Origin: Candidatus Woesearchaeota archaeon | Lineage (GTDB): Archaea > Nanobdellota > Nanobdellia > Pacearchaeales > GW2011-AR1 | Direction of reading: 5' to 3' | NCBI GenBank assembly: GCA_964423055.1 | Contig: CAYRCZ010000004.1 | Coordinates: forward strand, 1,491-48,986 | Length of the DNA: 47,496 nucleotides | Part shown: piece after piece, positions 27,373 through 34,306 of the stretch | Layout: each line of letters begins with the position of its first letter | Position numbering within the stretch: position 1 is the stretch's first letter | Notes under the pieces: model-generated | The model's database searches: none | Told to the model about the DNA's origin: nothing | What the model saw: only the letters and a program-made list of their open reading frames with translations | Position numbers and translations under genes: made by a program

Positions 27373-27443
27373 GGCCCGTTAGTCTAATGGTAGAACATCT
27401 CGTTTACACCGAGAAGGCGGAAGTCCGATTCTTCCACGGGCCA
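27373..27443 (+). tRNA. tRNA-Val (anticodon UAC) with a non-canonical T-loop.
   Basis: GGCCCGT...TCTCG-TTTACAC-CGAGA-AGGC-GGAAG-TCCGATT-CTTCC-ACGGGCC-A. 71 nt. C at the position normally U55, and one D-stem mismatch. Confidence 0.8.
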
Positions 27444-27522
27444 TTTCAAGCTCCGTAGTGAGTCTCCGAGTATGTTGAGGAGAATCGAACAAGAGAGATT
27501 GAAATTAATCAATTCTAAAAAT

Positions 27523-27984
27523 TTAGAAGAATAAATTAGCAAAGAACCAAGTCATTGTTGCAATGAATCCTCTTGCATCTACCATGATATTGCCGTTATC
27601 AAGATTTGTAAGAAAAGTATCTAACTTATTATCCGATTGTAAAATATTATCCATTGTGCTTTCACTTAATACAACATAATAAGAGTATTCATCTAATGGA
27701 TCTTGATTTATAGAGGATATTTTCCCCTCAACTATTGAAATGTAAAATGCTTCTGTCTCTCCAGAATTCATATCTATTAAAACAAAAATGTTTTTGTTGT
27801 TTAATGCAAAGTTAAAATCTTCTGGTATTTGGAGGTTACAAATTTCTAATTGAGCATTTATTTGAGGCATTTGACTCAAGATTTCAACAGTAGTTGTTGG
27901 GGTGAAATTTGTACAATCTACCTGGGCACTAGTTAAGGCTAGAAATAAGAAAAAACCTAGTAAAACAATTATCACCTTTTTCAT
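27523..27984 (-). CDS. Hypothetical secreted protein (153 aa).
   Basis: Signal peptide MKKVIIVLLGFFLFLALTSAQ. No recognised domain. Confidence 0.55.
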   Translation of the reverse strand: MKKVIIVLLGFFLFLALTSAQVDCTNFTPTTTVEILSQMPQINAQLEICNLQIPEDFNFALNNKNIFVLIDMNSGETEAFYISIVEGKISSINQDPLDEYSYYVVLSESTMDNILQSDNKLDTFLTNLDNGNIMVDARGFIATMTWFFANLFF

Positions 27985-28054
27985 AATTAATAATAATTCA
28001 AAGATTATTTAAATTATACTCTTCTTAAAAACAATAAGGATCAGGTAAAAAGAA

Positions 28055-28213
28055 ATGAATCAAAAAGACTCTAATCTCGGAATAGGAATAGCCCTAGGAG
28101 CGGGAATAGGGGTGGCATTTGGAGTTGCTTTTGATAATATTGCACTATGGCTAAGTTTAGGCGTAGCTCTAGGGGTTGTAATCGGGTCGTTTATGCCTAT
28201 AAAACAAAAATGA
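28055..28213 (+). CDS. Small glycine-zipper membrane protein (52 aa), absent from the ORF track.
   Basis: MNQKDSNLGIGIALGAGIGVAFGVAFDNIALWLSLGVALGVVIGSF. The TGA overlaps the next ATG (ATGA at 28210-28213). Confidence 0.5.
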   Translation: MNQKDSNLGIGIALGAGIGVAFGVAFDNIALWLSLGVALGVVIGSFMPIKQK

Positions 28214-28446
28214 AAAAAGATATTTGGTTTAAGAGAAAGCTTTACGGATGGGGTTGGTATCCTTCAACTTGGCAGGGATTTTTTATTACTTTAGTTTTTA
28301 TCTTACTTCTTGTATATATTGCTGTTGAATTTCTTGTTAAGGGGAAATTCATTGAATACTTTGGTTTATTGATATTACTAATTATTTTACTTATGTATAT
28401 TTGTTATAAGAAAGGTGAAAAACCTAGATGGAGTTGGGGAAAGTAG
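28210..28446 (+). CDS. Small membrane protein (78 aa, two TM helices).
   Basis: Internal ATG of track ORF 28147-28446. The upstream 21 codons overlap the better-supported small ORF in another frame. Confidence 0.5.
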   Translation: MKKDIWFKRKLYGWGWYPSTWQGFFITLVFILLLVYIAVEFLVKGKFIEYFGLLILLIILLMYICYKKGEKPRWSWGK

Positions 28447-28578
28447 TTAGAATAGATCTGAACAAGATCTGAAGTATCCACATCTTTTACAAATTAATTT
28501 ACATTTTAGTTCTTCTAGAGTTTTACCACAAGCTTCACAAACATAATTTGGATCTATTTCTTGAATTTGTTGAATCAT
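28447..28578 (-). CDS. Small zinc-ribbon protein (43 aa), absent from the ORF track.
   Basis: MIQQIQEIDPNYVCEACGK...LICKRCGYF has two CxxC pairs. The ATG overlaps the stop of the upstream DUF457 gene (ATGA at 28575-28578). Confidence 0.5.
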   Translation of the reverse strand: MIQQIQEIDPNYVCEACGKTLEELKCKLICKRCGYFRSCSDLF

Positions 28579-29117
28579 ATAAAGTCAGATATTTTGTGTT
28601 TTAGTTCTAGATATAGTATCCAAAGGATGAATAGCACTCCATCAAGCGTTGCTAAAAATAACATTGCAATATGGTCTGGAAATACTGTAAATGGGAAGCC
28701 TGTACCTATTTTTGCTAAAGATAATGGGTAAAGTGGAGTTATGTATCCTGCAAGTGTTGCATCTAATATTAAGTGCATGATGCTGCCGAAGGCTAGCAAT
28801 AGGAATATTGTTGCTAAAGATAATTTGTTTCTTCCTAATTTTTTCTTTATAGTTAATTTAGAGATAAAAGATAGTCCTAGAAATATTATGGGGATAAATA
28901 AAGTATGTAAAAAGGTTCTATGAATTTGTTCTAGGGAATATCCAAAATAATGCATTATCCAAAATAGAGGGATATCTAAATCAGGGATTACTCCTGCTAG
29001 GCCCCCGATTAATACATATTGAAGATGGAATTTTTTACCAGTCTTTTTTTGATAAATATGCCTAAATATGGATAGTAAAATTATTGGTACTAAAACGTGT
29101 GTTACTGCTTGTGGCAT
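28575..29117 (-). CDS. Membrane-bound metal-dependent hydrolase (DUF457, YdjM/YbcI-like).
   Basis: THVLVP N-terminus, PDLD, and His-rich positions in TM helices (HRTFLHT, MHLILD). Confidence 0.7.
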   Translation of the reverse strand: MPQAVTHVLVPIILLSIFRHIYQKKTGKKFHLQYVLIGGLAGVIPDLDIPLFWIMHYFGYSLEQIHRTFLHTLFIPIIFLGLSFISKLTIKKKLGRNKLSLATIFLLLAFGSIMHLILDATLAGYITPLYPLSLAKIGTGFPFTVFPDHIAMLFLATLDGVLFILWILYLELKHKISDFI

Positions 29118-29213
29118 ATTTCCTCTTTGATTTAATTAAGGGACTTTTGAGTTTATAATTCTTAACTTGATACTTTTGGTAAGCCTTAAATAGCATTACT
29201 CATAAATAACGAT

Positions 29214-31016
29214 ATGCAGGAAAAGAAAACCCATGGCTTAAACGATGCTATGTCTTCTTCTGGGGGTTACGTTCCTCCAAGCAAGATTCCAGGCGCTATG
29301 CCTCAGATAACTGATGAAATGAGTGCTAAAAATGATAAATTGAAAGAGCAACTCGAAGATTTTAAGAAAAAATTAGTTAAGAAATTTCCATTTACTACTT
29401 TTTTAAGTGTTTTACCTACTCCTGCTTTCAAAATGTTTGAGGAAGATGAGGGTTTACTTCCTGAAGAAATTGCTAAGAAGCCATTACATTTAGTCATGTT
29501 AATTCCTGAGGATAAATTCAAAGAAATTCCTAAGAAAATAAAGCCTGAAGTTCTAAAATTGATTAAAGAATCTAAACAAGAGTTGTGGGTACACATTAAG
29601 ACTGAAATTGACTTGTGGAATTATGGGTTAGATAGTAAGTTTGATTTTGTAGATGCAATTGCTTCATCTTTCCCTCTTCACGATAAGGGATTACTTGGAA
29701 GCATGAGACTTGCTAATATCCATAAGACTTTAGTTTTACGTAAATTCGAAAAATATGTTGCTTCTTACGTTGTCGGAGGAAGTTTAGTTAGAGGCACCGC
29801 TGGAAAAGACTCTGACGTGGATACTTTCGTAATTATTGATGATACAGATGTGAAGAGAATGCCTAGGTTGCAATTGCTTGAAAAATTACGTGGAATGATC
29901 CATGATTACATTAGAGAAGCTACTGCATTATCTGGGACTAAGAATGTTTTGAATGTTCAAGTTTACTTAATGACTGATTTTTGGGATAATGTTAAAGATG
30001 CTAACCCTGTAATATTTACATTTATTAGAGATGGAGTTCCAATGTATGACAGAGGAACATTCTTACCTTGGAAACTTCTTTTACAGATGGGTAAGGTTAA
30101 ACCAAGTCCAGAAGCAGTAGACAAATTCATGAAATATGGAGAGCAAAATGAATCTCTTGTTTCAAGAAGATTGATTGATGCAATGGTGGACATTTATTGG
30201 GGCGTTGTTACCCCTACTCAAGCTTTGGTTATGCTTGCAGGTCACGCGCCTCCTGCACCCAAGCATATGGTTAACGACGTTAAGAAAGTTTTAGTTGATA
30301 CTGAAAAAGTAATGTCTGCTTCTGAATTGAAGTTTTTAGAAAAAGTTATCAAATATTACAAAGATTATGAACATGGTACTTTGAAAACTATTCCTGGAAA
30401 AATTGTTGATGAATTGCTCGTTGAGTCAAAAAATTATGATAAAAAATTGCAAGAAATAAGAAAGAAACTTGAAGCTAGATTAATTGTTCGTGATGCTGAT
30501 AGGTCTTATGACGAGGTATTTTCATTACTTAAAAAAATATTTGGGGATAAAAGTATTGATTCTCTTGTAAAGGATGTTAATAGTGAATTGATTTCTAAAG
30601 GAAAATTGCCTCCTAGATTCTCTAAATCATTAAAGGAAATAGTTCTAATGAAAAATAAGGTTAAGTCTGGAAAAGTAACTCCTCTTGAAATGGGTGCTTT
30701 ACGCAGGGATGTTACTGAATTGATCAAGGAATTACTTGACTATACTCAAAGGGCTGATTTATTACTAGAAGAAAAGGAAGTTATTGATATAAAATTCGGA
30801 GATAAAAAAGGAGAACTTGTTTTGACTGATAGTGCCAGTTTCTTTATAGAGTCTGGAAGGGTTATGTTGATTACAGGAAACAATTTCAAATTAAGTGATC
30901 CTCAAGCTTTGGAAAAGGCTTTGTCTTCTCATAAGAAAGGAAGCGATGTTAAGATACCTTCTTCAGTCTTAGCTGTTTTACAGAAAGAACTAGGGGACTT
31001 CGAGATTTTGTTATAG
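29214..31016 (+). CDS. 600-aa protein with an inactivated NTase-like domain, an active Pol-beta-type nucleotidyltransferase domain and a helical C-terminal region.
   Basis: GGSLVRGTAGKDSDVDTFVIIDD is the catalytic GS...DxD. The N-terminal half has the same fold pattern (LHLVMLIPEDKF...ELWVHIKT...FPLHDKGLL) without catalytic residues. Paralogous to 37805-38668. Confidence 0.7.
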   Translation: MQEKKTHGLNDAMSSSGGYVPPSKIPGAMPQITDEMSAKNDKLKEQLEDFKKKLVKKFPFTTFLSVLPTPAFKMFEEDEGLLPEEIAKKPLHLVMLIPEDKFKEIPKKIKPEVLKLIKESKQELWVHIKTEIDLWNYGLDSKFDFVDAIASSFPLHDKGLLGSMRLANIHKTLVLRKFEKYVASYVVGGSLVRGTAGKDSDVDTFVIIDDTDVKRMPRLQLLEKLRGMIHDYIREATALSGTKNVLNVQVYLMTDFWDNVKDANPVIFTFIRDGVPMYDRGTFLPWKLLLQMGKVKPSPEAVDKFMKYGEQNESLVSRRLIDAMVDIYWGVVTPTQALVMLAGHAPPAPKHMVNDVKKVLVDTEKVMSASELKFLEKVIKYYKDYEHGTLKTIPGKIVDELLVESKNYDKKLQEIRKKLEARLIVRDADRSYDEVFSLLKKIFGDKSIDSLVKDVNSELISKGKLPPRFSKSLKEIVLMKNKVKSGKVTPLEMGALRRDVTELIKELLDYTQRADLLLEEKEVIDIKFGDKKGELVLTDSASFFIESGRVMLITGNNFKLSDPQALEKALSSHKKGSDVKIPSSVLAVLQKELGDFEILL

Positions 31017-31030
31017 TTTTAGAACTAATA

Positions 31031-31053
31031 TCTTTTTGATCAATCGAAGTCTT
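31031..31053 (+). repeat. 23-nt direct repeat, copy 1 (tctttttgatcaatcgaagtctt).
   Basis: Identical to 31139-31161. Lies 15 nt after the stop of the 600-aa ORF and is followed by a TATA-like cttaagataa. Confidence 0.85.
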
Positions 31054-31138
31054 AAGATAACATATCTATTATCTTAATTCATTTCATTTTATAAATGAAA
31101 GACTTAGAAGTTATTGAACTTCTAATACATTCGATTTC

Positions 31139-31161
31139 TCTTTTTGATCAATCGAAGTCTT
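31139..31161 (+). repeat. 23-nt direct repeat, copy 2, overlapping the BRE/TATA of the rpl35ae-rpl10e operon.
   Basis: Identical 23-mer. It is followed by ctttaaaaa TATA, then gggag and ATG at 31189. Confidence 0.85.
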
Positions 31162-31188
31162 TAAAAACCATAATTTCTAAGCTGGGAG

Positions 31189-31443
31189 ATGAAAGGTATC
31201 GTTGTACAATTTAGAAGAAGTAGACACAGAATTCATGAAAGACATTACTTGTTAGACTTAGGCTGTGCTACTCGTGAAGATGCTAAAAAACTAGTTGGAA
31301 AAGAAGTTACTTGGAAGAGTACAGCTGGAAAAGCAATTCATGGAAAAATAAGCGATGCTCATGGAAACAAGGGCCTTGTTAGAGCTATTTTTGAAACAGG
31401 TTTACCTGGACAAGCTGTCACAACTGACGTAGAGGTTAAGTAA
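31189..31443 (+). CDS. rpl35ae: Ribosomal protein L35Ae (eL33).
   Basis: KGIVVQFRRSRH...VTWKS..GK.IHGKI...HGNKGLVRAIFETGLPGQA matches archaeal L35Ae. Confidence 0.9.
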   Translation: MKGIVVQFRRSRHRIHERHYLLDLGCATREDAKKLVGKEVTWKSTAGKAIHGKISDAHGNKGLVRAIFETGLPGQAVTTDVEVK

Positions 31444-31444
31444 A

Positions 31445-32014
31445 ATGGCTGTACGTAAATCACTATCATATTCTAAGAAACACAGCAGACCATATACACG
31501 TGTTTCTAAGGCAAAATCAAAATCTTACATTAAAGTAGTACCTCCAAACAAAGTTGTAAAATATAATATTGGAAATCAAAGAGCTTATGTTGATGGAAAA
31601 TTGCCTTTTGTTTTGAGTTTAATTTCAGATGAGCAAATAGTAATCAAAGATTTAGCTATTGAAGCTGCAAGAATGATTTTAACAAAGAATCTTGAAACAA
31701 GACTTGCAGGTAAATTTTACTTATGGGTAAAAATACACCCTCACCATATATTAAGAAACAACAAAGCAGCTGCTGGAGCTGGAGCTGACCGTCTTAGTAC
31801 TGGTATGAAGCAATCATTTGGTATTATTGAAGGTAGGGCTGCTAGAGTTCTTGGAGGGCAAGAAATGTTTATGGTTGCTTGCGATAATGAGTCAACAGTT
31901 AAAGTTGCTCGTGAAATAATTTCTATGGCTAAAGCAAAATTGCCTTGTAAGACAAGAGTATTGTTTGATAAAATGGAAGATGTAAAACATTCTCCTACTC
32001 CTGTAGTTAAGTAA
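31445..32014 (+). CDS. rpl10e: Ribosomal protein L10e (uL16).
   Basis: YTRVSKAKSKSYIKVVPP, AARMILTK and GAGADRLSTGMKQSFG. Starts 1 nt after the rpl35ae stop. Confidence 0.9.
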   Translation: MAVRKSLSYSKKHSRPYTRVSKAKSKSYIKVVPPNKVVKYNIGNQRAYVDGKLPFVLSLISDEQIVIKDLAIEAARMILTKNLETRLAGKFYLWVKIHPHHILRNNKAAAGAGADRLSTGMKQSFGIIEGRAARVLGGQEMFMVACDNESTVKVAREIISMAKAKLPCKTRVLFDKMEDVKHSPTPVVK

Positions 32015-32054
32015 TTTCATAAATTCTTATATAGGTTAATTTTTGTGTTTGATT

Positions 32055-33155
32055 ATGGCTAAAATAGGCAATCACCATAAAACTACTGCCTTTGGAGATG
32101 CTTCTGAATATTATGCTTCCAAACTTTTTCAAATGGGAATGAACCCTAATGGAAATATTAGGCCAGACCTCATCGTTGATCCAAATTTACGTGATTATAG
32201 TCAGCAATTTTCTGTCGAACTTAAAGGTGGAAAAAGAGGGATATTACTCAGATCCCAACTAGTTTATGGGATTAATAATATGGGGGATTGGAAAGAATTC
32301 TTTGGAAAAAATAGAAAAAATCCATTTGCTAAAAATGGAACGACTAGACTTTTTGTAAATGAAGGAGAGAGAGTTTTTTATGGTCTTGCTCAAAGAGTTG
32401 ATGGTCTTTCTTGCGATGATTTAGTGGGAGATTATGCAATGGTTAGGGTACAATGGGGAGATTTACATTTATTACCCTCTGAATTGATATTTCATTATTA
32501 CGCTGCAGTGTTATCTAGAAAGAATGGTGAAAGAATAAGAGATACTTCTAGGAAATTAAAAAATTTTGTTAAAAGATCTGTAAGGGCTGGTTCATCATTG
32601 TATGATGAGAGAGATAATGATGCTTGGGTTTCATTACCGTTTTCTTCTTCAAAAGCTGTATTTGAAGGTAACTCCGATGGTGTTAAAAATGAGGACCAAA
32701 GGGAAACGTTAGAGAGATTTTTTAGAGCTGCAAGAAACGATACAGATTATGATAATTACACCAGGGCTTGTTTGAATTCAGTAGGTGGTTCAAAATTATT
32801 TGTTTTACATAGTCCAAAAGATCAAAAAATTGTAGATGAATTGAGAGAGACTGTTAAAAGAGTAAAGCCTAGGCTTGACCGGATAAAGGCAGAGAGAGAT
32901 GAAGTAAAAGAATGGATTGAGGATGGCGGGGTAAAATTAGGAGTAAGAGGTTTTGATCATTTCTACAATGGGGGAGTTGATGAAACAAGAAAAAGGCAAT
33001 TAATTCATTTTTATGGTGAAAGACATGGGGTTGATGAGGATAAATTAGACCTTTTAGAAAGGTTGTGTAGATGGGAAAATCCAGAAGAATATTCTGATAG
33101 AGTGAGAATTGCAAACGCTGAAATTGAAAATAAAATGGCTGGCGTGCCATTTTAG
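32055..33155 (+). CDS. Uncharacterised protein with a putative N-terminal PD-(D/E)xK nuclease-fold motif.
   Basis: ASEYYASKLF...RPDLIVDPN...FSVELKGGKRG fits E...PD...(D/E)xK. The remaining ~270 aa are not recognised. ATG at 32055 (the track start is GTG 32043). Confidence 0.45.
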   Translation: MAKIGNHHKTTAFGDASEYYASKLFQMGMNPNGNIRPDLIVDPNLRDYSQQFSVELKGGKRGILLRSQLVYGINNMGDWKEFFGKNRKNPFAKNGTTRLFVNEGERVFYGLAQRVDGLSCDDLVGDYAMVRVQWGDLHLLPSELIFHYYAAVLSRKNGERIRDTSRKLKNFVKRSVRAGSSLYDERDNDAWVSLPFSSSKAVFEGNSDGVKNEDQRETLERFFRAARNDTDYDNYTRACLNSVGGSKLFVLHSPKDQKIVDELRETVKRVKPRLDRIKAERDEVKEWIEDGGVKLGVRGFDHFYNGGVDETRKRQLIHFYGERHGVDEDKLDLLERLCRWENPEEYSDRVRIANAEIENKMAGVPF

Positions 33156-33189
33156 AAAGGGTTTTATAGCTTAGTTTTTAGTTTAATTT

Positions 33190-34263
33190 ATGCAGGATTT
33201 TGAAAAACATAAAACTAATTTTGATAATTTTTTGAATAAAATAGATGAAAATGAAAGAATTGGAATTTTATCACATGCTAATTGTGTTGATGGGATGATA
33301 TCTGCGGTTTTTTTGATTGAAATTTTGAAAAAGAAGTTTCCTAATATTCCTAAACCATTTGTAAGTTTCATTCCTTATGGTCTAGGGGTCCTTGATAGAC
33401 ATACAACAATTTTGAATAAAGAGGGTATAAAGAAAGTTTTCATACTTGACGCAAATGTTGATATGAATCAACTTGAAGAGACTAAAAGATTTTTTGATAA
33501 TTTTGATGTGATGTTTATTGATCATCATCCTTTGAACCCTGAATTAAAATTAACTCATAATATCATTAAAACTCATTCTGATGATTGTACCTCTCTTACG
33601 CTTTATCATCTAGGAAAGGATAGTTTAGATGGAAATCACTGGACAGAATTAGTATGCATTGCTTCAATTTCAGAATTTTCTTATCAAAACGAAGAAAATT
33701 TAAGATTTATCCAAAGCCATTATGATTTCGACCCTAAAAATTATCAAGATTTAGAGATATTCCAAAAAGTTTTGAAATTTAACTCCCTTATAACTTATTA
33801 TTCTAAAGATTCTTTGAAGGCTTATGAATTTATTTTGAATAGGAACTACAAAGAGATAGATAAGGCCAATAAGGAAATTAGTGAAGAGTTTGATAGATGT
33901 GTTGAGGATTTTGAGAAAAACGCTGAAAGGCATTTTGATAGCAAATTATGTTTTTACTTTTTCAAATCTAAGTTTTCTATAGGCTCTAGATTAGGGACAT
34001 CTTTATCTGTAAAACATAAAAATTCTACTATAATTATTATTTCAGAGATTGAAGGTACTAATATGTTTAAGGTTTCCACTAGAAATAATTCTGAGAATCT
34101 TATTTATCCAATGAATGAGATGTTGAGGTCTGCGGTTAAAAATCTAGAAAATGGTATGGGTGGGGGGCATGATAGGGCTTCAGGTGGAAGCTTTATGGCT
34201 AAAGATATAGACAAATTCAAGCAAAATATTATTGAATTTGTTAAACATAAGCTGAATAAGTAA
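33190..34263 (+). CDS. DHH/DHHA1-family phosphoesterase (NrnA/RecJ-like).
   Basis: SHANCVDGMISA, ILDAN, FIDHHP (DHH) and GGGHDRASGG (DHHA1 GGGH). Confidence 0.8.
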   Translation: MQDFEKHKTNFDNFLNKIDENERIGILSHANCVDGMISAVFLIEILKKKFPNIPKPFVSFIPYGLGVLDRHTTILNKEGIKKVFILDANVDMNQLEETKRFFDNFDVMFIDHHPLNPELKLTHNIIKTHSDDCTSLTLYHLGKDSLDGNHWTELVCIASISEFSYQNEENLRFIQSHYDFDPKNYQDLEIFQKVLKFNSLITYYSKDSLKAYEFILNRNYKEIDKANKEISEEFDRCVEDFEKNAERHFDSKLCFYFFKSKFSIGSRLGTSLSVKHKNSTIIIISEIEGTNMFKVSTRNNSENLIYPMNEMLRSAVKNLENGMGGGHDRASGGSFMAKDIDKFKQNIIEFVKHKLNK

Positions 34264-34306
34264 TTTCTTGCATAATGTTTATTAATAGAATATGTGTGTT
34301 TTCTTT

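Noticed and set aside
27444-27505. tRNA-like fragment downstream of tRNA-Val (gctccgtagtgag...gaggagaatcgaac).
   Set aside because: It contains an AATCGAA string resembling a reversed T-loop, but the flanking bases do not pair. No acceptor or anticodon arms can be drawn on either strand.
28147-28209. The 5' part of track ORF 28147-28446 (MAKFRRSSRGCNRVVYAYKTK).
   Set aside because: It overlaps a better-looking 52-aa glycine-zipper ORF in another frame. The internal ATG at 28210 forms an ATGA overlap with that ORF's stop.
31031-31161. Possible mini-CRISPR array (two identical 23-nt repeats).
   Set aside because: There are only two copies, the spacer is 85 nt, the repeats are short and AT-rich and run into TATA-like boxes, and no cas genes are present in the window.
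31095-31214. 39-codon ORF (MKDLEVIELLIHSISLFDQSKSL...) in the rpl35ae leader.
   Set aside because: It runs across the promoter repeat and into the rpl35ae start in another frame, with no motif. The region is more plausibly regulatory RNA or DNA.
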